NCBI GenBank assembly: GCA_965153285.1
Contig: OZ229126.1
Length of the DNA stretch: 64,000 nucleotides
Direction: 5' to 3' (one strand)
Source: Podarcis tiliguerta
Lineage: Eukaryota
The notes beneath the pieces are model-generated. The model saw only the letters and a list, made by a program, of their open reading frames with translations, did no database searches and was not told where the DNA came from. Shown one piece after another: positions 8,947 to 30,910 of this stretch (position 1 is its first letter; every line of letters begins with the position of its first letter). Position numbers and translations under genes: made by a program.

Positions 8947-11723
8947 TTGATTAAGCTTCTTCAATAAAAACTAGTGTGGCGATCACACACAGGGCCCCTG
9001 GTTGTTTGATGGTCTATTGACCCTGTGCCACCACTGCGATTGCTTTTTCCGCTGCCACCACCCCGTATCTCACGGGGACACACGGAGTCCAGTCAGTTGT
9101 TAACATTAACAAATAATCAAGTTTATTTTTAAATGCAGGAACAAGCTTATGGTTTCAGTTAATTTTTCTCTTGTCAGTTTTTTATTCTTAGTTCCTAACA
9201 ACTCCAAACGGATTACTCCAACTATCTATCTGACTCCACCTAACAATACCTCTCACACTCTCACAATGCAACTCTACCAACCCACACCTAAACCTCCCTC
9301 TTCCTCCTTCAACTCCCAAACCCCAACTCCCAACTCCCAAACCTCAACTGACTTTCAAAACCTCCCACTCTAACTTTTATTCCCCCCTTGCATTCTCACT
9401 GGCCAATCACATCACACCTATTTTAACCCTTTCCTTATGACCCATCCTAGGAGGCAAACGCCACAACTAGTTTTAAAAATGTAGACTTTTTAGAATAGAA
9501 AGTTCATTAATAAAACTCCCGATCATTTCTCAGTTGGAGCACTGACCTTAATGAAATAGTTTGTTCCAGCAACCACCTGTGTTTTGTACTCGACAGCAGT
9601 GAAAACAGTGTAAACCTTGTTTTCCTTCTGTTCTATCTGAGATTTCATCTGAAATTAAAAATAAGAAGAGTTGTCATCCTTGGGCAGCAAAGAACTGAGC
9701 CAAAGCCATAGGAAACGGCGGCCGTTTGCATTGCTCCGTTACCCATTTTATGTTTGAGAAATTTTGCAGACCCCCAAATCCATTTGGGACAAATGCAGAA
9801 ACAGCCACTGTTTCCAGACAAGTTCTGATCTCAGGCCAAAGGTGGACGCACATGGCTGCCCTTCCCAGAGAAGCCAAACCTGCTTGCCTAGAAAAGAGAC
9901 GCATTTTTGTATGCAACCAAACACTTCTTGAGATGGAAGTTTTTATGAAGAAGAAACGCAGTAAAAATGGCACAAAAGGCTATATGACATTGTGGTCAAA
10001 ATGCATGGGCTGACTCAATACATTTGGCCATACCTAACAATTTAGTCTCTGAAAATATCATCATCAACCTTTATTACGGTCCAGAGACCCAACAAATCGT
10101 TACAAAGCAATACACAATTCATACAGCCTACCTCCAGGTTAAACAAGCATCTTTTTCAGAGTATAGGGATCACTGGTTCCTGCAACCACTGATAAAAACT
10201 TTGCCACTGCTAATGTTCTAGTGTTTGTCCGGTCTTCCAATAGGAACCTAACATAGTGAGCCTCTGATTTTCCCGGGAAAGGTACCAGCAAGGGTAATAT
10301 CAGTTCAGCCCTGGCTTGCTCGTATTTTGCACAGTGCAACAGAATATGTTTTACGGAATCGATGACTTAAGCACACGAGCAAAGTCTGTCCTGGTAGGGA
10401 ACTCCTCTCAACCTGCCATCCAACACTGCAGAAGGAAAAGCGTTTAGTCTGGCTTCGGTGAAAAGCCTTCGATAATTTGGTACTGTCAGGTTTTTAATGT
10501 AAGATGTTAACTTAAAGACATGCCCATATTGTGCTCTTACTGCCAGCGGACTACAGACTGCGTTTGATCGAGATCACAAGTCACTGTGTGGATTATCCCA
10601 TAATCTTTGCTTTAACGTCTTTAGGGCGCCTTGATAACCCAGGTAATACAGTTGGGGGGGGGGTGACAGACCAATAGAGGTGCCTTTTTTAGCCATGGTT
10701 TTCTGCCATTTGCTGACAAATTCCTCATTGGTCAGGTGTTGGCACAAACCCTTCCCCAGATCAAACACTGAAATCCGGAGCCAATGTTTTAGGGCAGCCC
10801 ACCACGCTTTAGTTGAAATTGGGCATTCACCAGCTTCCAACAGAAGTATGGAGTTGGGGACACAGTTCTGCAGAGATCGCAGAAATTTTGCCTGAAAGCC
10901 ATCTCGCTTTGGCAGGTCCCCATTATGCCAGACATTGGCAGCGTACAGGAGTTGGGAAACGGGTTTTGCGTTGAAACCCATTAAGGCTGCTGGAACATAT
11001 TTGCCGCCCTTTGTGAAAAAGAATCTGAGTATGGCTAGCTTTGTGATCTCTGAAAATATTAAACTGCTCCCCTAGAACAAATAGCATTCTTTCAAAATAA
11101 AGCTACAAAGTCTCGTGGCATCTAAGTTTTTGTAGGCTAGAGTCAAAAAAACCACACACCACCTTCCTTGCGCCACAAGCCGTTTGTAAGCCTGTAAGGG
11201 GTCACAAAAACATATTCCATAATAACCTCCGAGCTGCCACAAGACTCTTTGTGACAGCTCCTATGGATTTTTATTTGACTTGATTTACAAAATAAAGGGA
11301 ATCTGAAATCGTGAGACTATCAGCATTGATATTCATTTTCCAAATCTGGTCCCTGTGTGGATGAGACAAGACAGGGGGTCTGTAGCAGGACAGGAGAGCA
11401 AAGAGTTTGGGGGGGGGGGGCTCAATGCCCCTCCCCATCACCATTAGTTAGAATAGGGCATTGCCACTGGCGCCACCAAACTTTGAGTCAAGGGAGGTTA
11501 TTGATTCTGAAATAACACATGCAATCTGTAGCCAGATAAACAGGCATTCTTATTTCACAACTGAATGACAGCTACTAAATAAGCTGCGTTTTCCACATTG
11601 GTTTAATTTATATACAAAATATAAATTTGTCAATGTTTAATGGGCTCTTTTACTTACCTTGTCAGCCAGCTGCTGAACGTCTGGAGTAGAAGGACTGGCA
11701 TCTGTTAAGCCTCCAGCCATCAT
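7799..11723 (-). CDS. Second stefin (cystatin-A/B-like, Cys-free), 98 aa; complement(join(7799..7927,9547..9648,11658..11723))
   Basis: Spliced translation [98 protein letters not shown]. Same 66/102/129 exon pattern, QVVAG motif, GT-AG introns. Not visible in the ORF track. A vs B orthology is uncertain, so no symbol. Confidence 0.92.
8333..8752 (-). mobile_element. Sauria SINE interrupted by L2 3' tip (about 8357-8417)
   Basis: Reverse complement of the 22588-22941 element; shared TAGTCATGCTGGCCACATGACCC core. Confidence 0.85.
8904..8943. repeat. (AT)n microsatellite
   Basis: About 20 AT units. Confidence 0.95.
8975..9465 (-). mobile_element. Solo LTR, 491 bp
   Basis: TGTGGCG...CGCCACA termini, perfect 5-bp TSD ACTAG (8970-8974, 9466-9470), minus-strand AATAAA at 9122-9127, CCAAT box near 9403. 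Confidence 0.8.
9547..9648 (-). CDS. Second stefin coding exon 2
   Basis: tttcag|ATGAAA...ATTAAG|gtcagt; [11 protein letters not shown]. Confidence 0.94.
10130..11035 (-). mobile_element. Degenerate non-LTR retrotransposon ORF2 3' part (RTE-X-like, tentative)
   Basis: Peptides [27 protein letters not shown] and [25 protein letters not shown] (CCHC knuckle) with stops/frameshifts. Confidence 0.7.
11658..11723 (-). CDS. Second stefin coding exon 1
   Basis: accATGATGGCTGGA...GACAAG|gtaagt; [22 protein letters not shown]. Confidence 0.9.
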
Positions 11724-11807
11724 GGTGACAAGTCAAACTTGAAGGTGCTGAGAAGTCTCCACAGGCAAATCAGCAGCAACTATGATCCAATAGTTTAGTC
11801 GGGCGTA

Positions 11808-11814
11808 TTATATA
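11808..11814 (-). promoter_or_regulatory. TATA box of second stefin
   Basis: TATATAA on minus strand about 85 nt upstream of ATG in a CpG-poor promoter; TGACTCA (AP-1) abutting TTCC (ETS core) at 12030-12040. Confidence 0.6.
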
Positions 11815-12210
11815 CCCTAACAGTGTCACATGACTCTTATGTAAATGAATTTGAAGAGTCATCACCTGAGAATAAGAAGAAAGAGGTAGACTTCTGTTAC
11901 AATGGGTTGTGACAGTATGGGGAAATACAAATTTAACATGATTTATCTCCCTGAACATGCAGAAGATAAGATTTCCACACAACACAATCAAGCTTTTGTT
12001 TTGTGAGAGTTGAAGGGGGGTGAGGAATCTTCCTGACTCACCAGAAGCTTAACTTCTTGAGTAATGGACACATGATTGACTTTTGTTCTTTGGAACAGCA
12101 CTTCTTGGGTTGCTCAACCCAGAGTCAGATTCCTTGTTTCATTGGTTCAAGGCCAAACAAGAAGGGAGGACAGGATGCATGAAAAAGCTTGAAGGTCTAT
12201 GAATTAAAAC

Positions 12211-12335
12211 CAGTCTTCCTAAACCTGGTGCCCTTCCTGATGTTGCTAGACTACAACTCCCATCATCCCTGAACACCGGTCACCCTGGATGGTGCTAGTC
12301 CAAAACCTCTGGAGGACATCAGGCTGTTAAAGGAG
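12211..12335. mobile_element. hAT (Charlie-like) MITE, decayed
   Basis: GACTACAACTCCCATCATCCCTGA core. Confidence 0.6.
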
Positions 12336-12468
12336 GGTTTAGGTCTATGTAAATAGCAGCTGAAGGAGGGCTTGGCAAGTGAGGAGGTTCTATCTTTCCA
12401 GTGAAAACCATTCCCACCCCACCCACCCTGCTATTTGCTGTGGGAGGGGGGGGAAAACATACTAACAA

Positions 12469-12698
12469 AGGGCCTTCTCGGTAGCGGCACCCGCCCTGTT
12501 GAACGCCCTCCCCTCAGATGTCAAGGAAATAAGCAACTATCTGACTTTTAGAAGACATCTGAAGGCAGCCCTGGTTAGGGAAGTTTTTAATGTTTGATCT
12601 TTTATCGTGTTTTTATTGTTCTGTTGGGAGCCGCCCAGAGTGGCTGGGGAAACCAGCCAGATGGGCAGGGTGTAAGTAATAAAATTATTATTATTATT
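12469..12698 (+). mobile_element. L2 3' end with (TTA)n tail
   Basis: Matches 5552-5810 copy. Confidence 0.85.
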
Positions 12699-14030
12699 GA
12701 TTTTTTCTGTACCAGTGCCCACTTGGTATCAGCCTGGCAAATTACAATAGCTGACCTGTTTGATGTAGCCTAAGAAGTAAAATGAAGTCCATGAACACCC
12801 ACCACATCTAGGACTTTTGAAGTTATGTATTGGGAGCTGCAGTCATTGGCTTTCTATGTGAAATTTCAGTGTTGCCCTGGATATGGATCAAGGGGCAGTT
12901 GTTACACATTTTATGTCCTATGAAACAAATGGCTATAGAATGTGAAGAGCTGGCTTGTGTTTCTGTTACCCTACAGAAAACCCTAAATTAAGATGACCAG
13001 TCTTTTATTTAGAAATAATTAAAATCTCTTGCAGCATGAGGAAACGGGGTCTGCATGTGGCAATTTAAAAACTAAGTGATTTCTCAGCACAATCAGAGGC
13101 TGGTTACCTGCATCTGATGAAGTGGGCTATCCTTCAATAATTTTGGCGGTCTTCAAGGTGCCACAAGAATAAGGCTGAAATCCTGTACATAGGTGAGTTC
13201 AGCAAGACTCTTCCATCCTGTGTACATAGATTAGGACTGCGCTGTGCATTTAAATAAACTGGGCATTCCTATCCTCTTTGTGTTTACTGAGAGGCATGGC
13301 TAAATCTTCTACATTGCGAAAGATTCAAGCGCTTTGGTTACCATTTCGCAAGACCACAGATAATTAAGTTCTTTCTCTGTGCGTGTGTGTTTTAAAAAAT
13401 CAGACTTCAGGCAAATTTAATAGTATCTGAAGAGTAACGGTTGGGCATTATTTACACAAGAAATTCCGAGTCTATACATCAATGACATTAAGCATTGAAT
13501 GAGAGCCCACGCCGTAGAAAGACAAGCACTGAGAATCATTAACAGGAAGAAGGCACAACCTGCCAATGGAACTGTGAAACAAGTTTTTTGGCCTAGAATC
13601 ACAGGGTTTTTTTATTTATAATGTTTACATATTCCTTCCAAGGAACTGAGGATAGCGTCCTCCCACGCCAATTTATCTGCACAACCAGCCTGTAAGGAAA
13701 GTTCAGCTGAAAGAATGACTGGCCTAAAGACGGGCCAGGGAGTTGTGGCTGCATGGAATTTTGGCCCCGGATCTCCTTAGTTATTTTCTTTTATCACTAT
13801 TCCACCCTGGCTTTCCTGAAGTGAGACTGCAGAGTACTTGGTCCAACCTCAAGCCAGCTTCTCACTGACAGGTGCTAGACCAACTTTGAAAAAGGTAGAT
13901 TTTATAGCCTCCAACCAGTTACCTTCTTAACTTCAGTTTTTCTATACATAGATGGAAATGGAGGACGCTACTAAGATATATTTGCATGCTGCTCTTAGCC
14001 ATCAATAGCTTTTGTCAACTTGGTCTAAAT

Positions 14031-14166
14031 CAGTGTTTCTCAGTCTTGGGTCTCCAGCTGTTTTTGGACTACAACTCACACCATCCCTAAGCTAGCAGGA
14101 CCAGTGGTCAGGGATGATGGGAACTGTAGTCCCAAAACAACTGGAGACCCAAGTTTGGGAAACACC
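14031..14166. mobile_element. hAT (Charlie-like) palindromic MITE
   Basis: CAGTGTTTCTCAGTCTTGGGTCTCCAG...CTGGAGACCCAAGTTTGGGAAACAC. Confidence 0.75.
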
Positions 14167-17100
14167 AATCCACATAATTGAACTGAGGGAAAGTTGGGTA
14201 GTTTGTTGTAGCTGGGACTTGAGAAGAGAATGCCTGAAGCAACAGCACACAGGGAGGTAACTTGGAGGACAGCTTCCCTTTTTGGTGCTTTTCTATTGGG
14301 AAAATTAGACCCCACCCTCATGCTTTTATGACTCAATGGGGCAAGCACATGATTAACCAACATGGGTGTTCTTGTCACATCTCGTCTGGCCCCAAGGTCA
14401 TTCCAAATAGAAAAACCCAGGACTAGTGCACTTTTAAAATAAAAAAAAACCCTCAATGCTGATAAAAGCTAAGCAACTTTTAGGCATTAAGGAAGTGAAG
14501 GGGGAGGGTTTGAAAGTGTCAGTAGGGCCACACGTTTTGCCCCCCCCCCCCCCGGACATTAAATGAGCCTTTTACACTTAAATCTTCCAAAATGCTGACA
14601 GCTCTCAAAACTTGGATATTTTGGTTGTGATGGGGTTCTGCAACAGGAAATTCTGTATTTTCCCATTTGATGGAACGTAAATTATCAAAGGTGACCTTTC
14701 CTAACTGTAAATGATAGTTTTTAAAAAACATTACCACCTTTTAGAGAAAGTTCTCTCATTTTTCAAAACAGGTAAAATAAAAAGCACCCTTGTGATGTTT
14801 TGCAATATGTGTATTTTTAAAAAACATAACCAGGGCTGCCAAGAATTCAGAGAAAGCAGCACCTGTTATGGGCATTAAAGCCCAATGTTAGAGGTTTTGT
14901 TTTATTTCCCCTCTGTCACTTTGGATCCCCAGCAGCCACAACACGATTACAGCCTTTCAGCTGTTTTGCACATAAAAAATGCAGAAAGTGAGGAACCGTG
15001 AAATAAGTAAAGAACCAAAAGATAACACTCTTCAGCTTCGGAAATCAAGTCCATCAGCCTGGAGGCTATGCAGACACCAAGCAATTCCATAGTTTGTCAA
15101 AAGAAAAAGACAAGACGGCCACATGGCTCACTCGCAACGCATCACATTACATGAAACTGGGAAATGTGGGAAGGCTCCAGGATTGTGCTCATTCAGAATG
15201 GGAGGACACACTCTATCACCCCCACGTGGGTACTTTCCCCTGCATTTCAGGTGCATGGAGGTGAAAACAGGGTCTCTGAATGATCTACAGGGCAAGGATT
15301 GCACGAGGCATTGCAGGTGAAACATGCAGCACCTCCATTGTGACTTATTAACACATGCACAAATATGTGCTAACAAAATTGCTTTGGCTGAAGCAATCTT
15401 AACTCCTAACCCTACGATCTCGGAATACTCGTATATAACAACACCATTCTAGTGGGCCAAGTAAATAACGGCTTGCACAATCTTCAAATCCAAGTCTACG
15501 TTTGGAAATGAAGTACTGTTTAAATAAAGGCATGCAGACTTTACACAGGGCCGAAGCACACCGGCTTGGATGTGTGGCATCTGCTTCTATCGTCTGTCTT
15601 GGCACATTATAGACAGGTTCCATTCATTATCTGGAATGTACAGCATTCCCTGAAAGGGTATGGATTATTCAATTCTTCTTTATTTTAAAAAATGTGTTTC
15701 TACAGTTCTTCCTTTTGTTTCAATTTAGATCATTACTTGCTGGAAATTCAGAGCTAAGGTGAGGTGTGTGGCAAGCCAAGCCAAGATCCAGAAAACAAAC
15801 CCTCGTTATAGGAAATCCTACCCCCATATGCTAAAAATATAATTGGTTACAATCCAATATAATTACAATCCAACCTCTACTTCCTGATATAATGATTTTT
15901 AAATAATGAATTAATCATTATAATGGGATGTGAAAAAAAGGAATCTGAAGCAGCCGTGTCTTGTCAGGGAGAGCATAAAGGTTTCAATGCACAGGTGGGT
16001 TTAGGAAATTGAGTCATCACACAGTGAGAGGCTTGCATTGCGACTCAGGAATGTTGGTAATTATGGCAGGATTTGATTTTTTGCTTTCTATACACCTTGA
16101 TGGCTTTTGAAATGAAATATCTACACACTTTGGAGAGTGCAACCATGTGTTCTGTGTGCTCTTCAGAGCCAATTTCCCTCACACTGGAATCTCATGACGA
16201 GAGTAAGGCAATTTGTTGGTCTCCTAAAACAAGCCAATTAGATAGTATTTGTGCTTTATTATAAGGCTAAGCTTTTAGAAAATTGTCAGCAAAACTGCAT
16301 AGGGCTTGAAAATTTATTTTGTACATTTAAAGTGGCATTAAAGAATTGTATTCAAAATTATATAAGGATAGAACTATTGGAAAGCCTGTCATGTTGTCCA
16401 GCTGTTGAGTGGCGTAAATTTCCTTTATTTGAATATCAGACAGTTACATCTAACGAAGGCATATTCTCTCGAGTTCAATTTAACACACACACACCCCTTT
16501 TTCTCTCCCACAAATTAGAACTGTGTCTCTTCTAGAACTTGATCAATAGGACTTAATTTCCAGAAACTCTGTTGACATATTGGGGGGAAATCTGCTATTT
16601 CCACAGGTGAGTAATTATGCTGTGTAACTCCCTGGTAGGCCACTTATAAAGAGAGACTTATAGTTAACACGATATGAAGTGAATTTACCTATAGGTCTGT
16701 CCACATTGGCATGTCATCCGTGAAATTGATGAGAGGCATTCAGTATTTGCATCGTGTAGCAAATTCATGAGTTTAATATCTTTCACTCTCAAATTATTTC
16801 AGCACCCAAGCCAAAAAGATATAGATTTCAACATCCACACTCCAAAAGTGTCCAGTATAAAGCAATTCACAACTGGCACCACTGGATATGTCAGACTGCA
16901 ACTGGAGTCCACAGTTTAAACTGACTACATCGCCAGTCAAAATTGGATTTGTTTACAGAATGCTACATGTAGTTAAAAGGCAAATTCCCAGTTTGTATCA
17001 AGTATTACCTATTAACTTCCTTTTATCACAGCAGTAATCTTTTAAGACCTATGCCAGTTTTAGAACTAGGCCAGATGATACAGCCCAAATTTAGCCATCC

Positions 17101-17439
17101 TAGAAACCAAAATAAATAGGTGAAACTTTGTGGTCCAAGAAGAGATAGAGACATTATTCTCTCATCCTGTCTAAAGGATACTTGTCGATCTGGAAATGTT
17201 GAAGTTAAAATGCTGGCATCACATTCCATCTGGTTTTTTCTTTTCTTTAATAAAAAAGACTTCTTTCCATACAAAATAGAGGTTGATTTATCTTAATTAG
17301 CAAAATGATTCACTGGGCTGAACCCCACAGATCTGATTCCCCCCCCCTCTCAAAAGGTCCCAAGCAGCTTGTTCCATGTTTCTTCTCTTATTTGCATGAT
17401 TGAAGTTCACTTTCAGGGGAAGACATCCCCTCCTCTGCG

Positions 17440-26014
<8,575 letters not shown>

Positions 26015-29000
26015 CTTGGAGAGGCCGGAGAGCCTCGAGGGCAGCCAATCGGGAGGCGCGGCGCCGCAACGGCCACGCCCCCCGCCCGGCCCTGCAATCC
26101 GGAGAGAGGCCGCTTCTGCCCACGAGGTTCGGCGGAGACGCGCCGCGTGGCTTGGAGCTTTTCTCCTCCCCGAGGTCATCTAGTCCAACCCCCGGCCAGG
26201 CTGCAGGGATTTCAGTCAGAGCTGTCAACTTGCGAGGAATCCTATTTGGAATAAGGGAATGTCCCTTAAAAAAAGGGGAAAGTTAGATTGTGTTAAGATA
26301 GATTTTAGAACAAAAATTGAGAAAGATGGAAAGGATTTGCTGAAATAGCTAATTGAACTAGAATATAAAAAAGGGTGGTGTGAGGAGGTCGATGAAACTA
26401 GTAAATGAAAGGTAAAGATATGGAAATATTGGATGTGTTTTTAAATGTTTTTGTTTTTCTTGTTTGGTAATGTTTTTTTTCCTTGTTTCTCTTTTTATTT
26501 TTGATGTATTGTCTGTTAAATTTTTTATTGCTTCTTTTTTCTTTAACTACTAAACTTTTAATAAATATTATTTTAAAGGGAAAAAAGGGAAAAGTTGACA
26601 GCTATGATTTAAGTGCCAGATTTAGGTATAAGCTAAGCAAGCTCCAGTTTAGGACCCCACACTCTTGGGGCCCCCCCAAAAAAAGTAAAGGGGAAAAATA
26701 ACTAGATGCACATTTCCAAATGTACGTGACACAACCTTGATGGCAGAAAGCGAGGAGGCGGCACCCGTGGCTCTGACAATGTGGGTTGCAAACATGCCTC
26801 CCACACGGATCACGTGCGCAACCCAGGGTTGCACTGTATATTTGTGCGTGACACCCCATCTTCACCCACCATTACATAGGGTGATATTCATTGTTACAGA
26901 ATTTCATTTGGTTCATTCATTTCAACAGACTTGAATAAGGCTTAGTTTAATCCAACCCATACTACCAAGGAGCAGGTTTGGGGGGGCGGGCAGGGAGTTT
27001 TAAACCCCAGACCTGGGCCTGGAAAGTGCAAAACGAGATCTGGATAAGCCTGAACATTTGCTCAGAACAGACTCCATGAATTTTATGGACCTAACTTGCG
27101 TGTGTTCATTAAATAATTTAATTTAAACTGAGTAAAAGACAGCTGAATACCACCCAAAGGTAGCCACATGGGCCTGGGCATGTCTACTCAGAAGCAAGTC
27201 CTGTTGAATTCAATGGGGCCTACTCCACCTGCTTTTTCTCCCTCCCAGCCTGGGCTGGCTCTAAAATGATGAAAAAATTTGAATGGATATTTGCAGTGCT
27301 AATCATTTTCTCTACTTGTGGACAAAGGGAGAAAAGCCTACAGGGTTTTATGCCCTGAAAGCCAGTGTATAAGGCTGTTGCGTAACTGCATAAATAACTA
27401 AAACAAAGGCAGAGCAGTCTGGGTTGAGGTCATTTGGTAGAAGAAACCATGTATGAGACCTTTGACCAGAGTCCAGGAAAGCCTTGAAACCACACAGTTG
27501 CCACAGCGGGAAGGAGTTGAGGTGAAAGGTTGCAGATTATACTGAAAAATATTTCTGCAAACTTAAATGTTCCACCATGTATACATTATCTTTATATTTG
27601 TGGGGTGCCCAGATCTTGTAAGATTTGCGGGAACTAATCAAAATCAGCACTGGGAGAAAACCAGCAACATTAATTGGATCAGTGAACTTCTGGCCTTGTA
27701 TTGCTTCCACAACAGCACAAAGGATGTTACCTGTTGCTCGTTCACATTAATGGACCTAAGTCAGTCAAGGTCATTAATTTCAATGGGTCTACTCTACCTA
27801 AAATTAGTTGACTACAGTCCAGATAATCCAGGCCTGTCAACGGGAGCCTGCTGCTGTTTTCTCACTAGGAATGCCCTCTGAGATATCACTAGACATCTCG
27901 GCTGGTGACTATTGGGGGTGGGGATGTTGTTTGCTGACACAATTTTTTATTGTTTATAAATCTATTATTTTGTTTCTTTTCTATAAGCAGCTGCAAGAAT
28001 TATGGTGCTGGATAAATTAAAAAAAAAAAAATAACAAGCTCAATCTGCCTTGCTCAAGTCTTCTGTCTCTGGGGATGAACAGCTGGCACTTGCTTAAGAA
28101 TACAAAACTTGTTGTACATGCAGTTGCATTATTTGAGACTGAATTAACCAAGAATAAAACCTGATCTATGCATACGGCTGAACAGTGGCAGAGTGCTGAG
28201 ATAATAGAATGAGCTGCTCCACTGCAGCCTATAGGTAGATATCACATTTTCAAATGTTAGATTCCAAGAGGGGTAACCATGAGTTAGTCTGTTGCAGCAA
28301 AAAAACCAAACCTAAAACCCCAAAGAGTTTTATTGCACCTTAAATGCCTTAAAAATGAATGGCCACTGGGCCAGAATCTGGGCCTGAGAGCCATGCCAAC
28401 CAAATTCTGTCTTTTTCTGCTTTTCAACTCTCACTGCTCTCTCTCTCACAAATCAGGGAGAACTAGAAATACTACTCTTGGTTATTTCTAGCAAAACAGG
28501 ACCAAAGCAGCCACCCCATACACACCACTTCTTTACTTCCAGCCCTTGGCTGTAGCTCTCACCAATTTCGGTCAGGGTTGCGCAACTTTAGACTACTCGT
28601 AAGATGGGTAAATGCTCTTCTAAACAACAACAAAAATCCCACACTTAGAAAAGGAGTACACCAAGAAGTTCAGGTCAGAATCCTTATCCCTCACATCTAG
28701 TTTTCTAAATGAAAGGAATTTTCATTTCCCATCCCACAACTTTTCTACCTGTTGAGGTGCATTCTGTGCAACAGTGCTTGCTTCTATTTGCTGCTGTTCT
28801 GCATTGCCTCCCCTCACTCCCTCTCAGTCTCCATGCCAGATCTTCATTCCTTAGTTAGTGAGTCACTTTGTTCCTTGGTTCTTTCAGTAATCCTGTTGAT
28901 AATTACTCTGGCCTAGCTGCCCCCTGCCTTTAACCTCTTTGGATTGTTGACTCTCCTATGCACTGCCTCGGGCACGCTCTTGACCATTTATGAAAAACAT

Positions 29001-29659
29001 GAAATTAGAAACTCATGCAAAGCATTGAGAGAGTGTTGCAAAAACCTTATCCCTAGGCGCTTGACAATTTTTAAAAATCTAGGAACGTTCTCGCAAAAAA
29101 AGAGAAAATTAAAAAAAGAAGTGGGTGGCAATTTTGAGTCAATGCCCCACAGTTCCCATGCATTCTATGAAACCAGCCCTTTCAACTAGTGAATTCCATG
29201 CATGATTTTCATGTTGCGTTGGACTGTACATGTTGCGTTGCGTGTAGATTCTATGAACCCAACTCTCCCTTTGCTGCGCTCCAGCAGCTCTGACACCAAC
29301 TCTGCAATTCTGTGATTCTGCCATTGAGATTCTTGCATCCCTGGGGGTTGGACTAGATGACCCTCGGGGTGGGGACCCCGTTCCAACTTGACAATTCTGT
29401 GATTCTGCCATGGATTACCTCATCGAGATTCCTGCATGGCCAGGGCCGGATTTAGGTTTGATGAGGCCCTAAGCTACTGAAGGTAATGGGGCCCTTGATA
29501 TGTCCAGCTGTCCTTTGTCAACAACAAATTGTCCCTGGTTTTTTATGCTGAATATATGCTATATGGTAATTTGTGGACCTAAGAGGTATCTAAAGCCATT
29601 TGCCACTGTTACTGTATGTAGGTTTTATTTTACTTGTTTTTTATCTTATATTTTGGAAA

Positions 29660-30041
29660 TGTTGTTGTTTAGTCGTTTACTGGTGTCCGCCTCTCCGTGA
29701 CCCCCTGGACCAGAGCATTCCAGGCCCTCCTGTCTTCCACTGCCTCCCGCAGTTTGGTCAAACTCATGCTGGTAGCTTCGAGAACACTGTCCCACCATCT
29801 CGTCCTCTGTTGTCCCCTTCTCCTTGTGCCCTCCATCTTTCCCAACATCAGGGTCTTTTCCAGGGAGTCTTCTCTTCTCATGAGGTGGCCAAAGTCTAGG
29901 AGCCTCAGCTTCATGATCTGTCCTTCCATTGAGCACTCAGGGCTGATTTCCTTCAGAATGGAGAGGTTGGATCTTCTTGCAGTCCATGGGACTCTCAAGA
30001 GTCTCCAGCACCAGAATTCACAAGCATCAATTCTTCGGCAA
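29660..30041 (-). mobile_element. BovB (RTE clade) 3' end
   Basis: RRIDACEFWCWRLLRVPWTARRSNLSILKEISPECS...FGHLMRREDSLEKTLMLGK; (CAA)n tail. Confidence 0.9.
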
Positions 30042-30219
30042 TAAGTACGTACGGTAACCAGAAGTACCACTGTATTTGCTGCTGCAATACATGGTGTTGT
30101 ATTTTGGGAATTATCCGGTGCTTTTTTTCTGTGGGGACGCAAACCCCTAAACATTTTGTGCATCTAAGTTTGGCCTCATTGAGGGGCAGGATTTCAATAT
30201 GAGGAGGAAAAGGAGAGTG

Positions 30220-30466
30220 CAGTGGTACCTCAGGTTACAGACACTTCAGGTTACATACGCTTCAGGTTACAGACTCTGCTAACCCAGATATAGTACCTTG
30301 GGTGAAGAACTTTTCTTCAGGATGAGAACAGAAATCGCACGGCGGCAGCGGGAGGCCCCATTAGCTAAAGTGGTGCTTCAGGTTAAGAACAGTTTCAGGT
30401 TAAGAACAGTTTCAGTTAAGAACGGATCTCTAGAATGAATTAAGTTCTTAACCCGAGGTGCCACTG
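30220..30466. mobile_element. Tigger-like MITE family A
   Basis: CAGTGGTACCTC...GAGGTGCCACTG|TA. Confidence 0.85.
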
Positions 30467-30910
30467 TATTCGGGTCGAAGGTGTTCGCTAACACGATCCA
30501 GAAGGGAGGCTGGCACGCATTCAGAAGCCTTGCCGTCCTCCTTTCCCAATCCCTTGTTCCCTCTCCAGCTCTGCCTGTAGCCGCTTCTTGCCCCACAGAG
30601 AGATTTCGCAGGAGGCAGGTGAGCGGCGCCGGCGTCCTCCTCGCGAGTAAAGCCCGGCAGCTGCGCGCCAGGCGGGAGGAGGAGGAGGAGACGGGCCTGT
30701 GGGCGGCGGGCCAGGAGCCTCTTCCCAGCCCGCCATTCCGCCTCCCCTCGGCCCGGCGACGCCCCTAACTCCTCCTCCTCCTGCTGCTTCTTCTCGGCTC
30801 CGCTCCGGCCCTTCCTTCCCTCCGAGGCGCGTTCCGTCAGGGGCAGCCGGGGCCTCGGCGGGCTTGGGCGGCGGGGAAGCAGCGGCGGCGGCGCCTCTCT
30901 CCGCGGGGCC

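Noticed and set aside
10139-10260. Peptide ...[22 protein letters not shown] in stefin intron 1 looked like a duplicated stefin exon 2
   Set aside because: It is the continuation of the LINE ORF2 C-terminus after the CCHC knuckle, lacks the Q of QxVxG and has no matching splice sites.
14576-14704. Exon-like 129-nt minus-strand open frame (LGKVTFDNLRSIKWENTEF...) and hydrophobic ORF at 13417-13591
   Set aside because: Weak splice signals, no recognisable homology and no coherent exon chain; would need RNA-seq or TBLASTX conservation.
16590-16612. Recursive-splice-like TTTCCACAG|GTGAGT on + strand
   Set aside because: No + strand host gene spans this position; a single motif can occur by chance.
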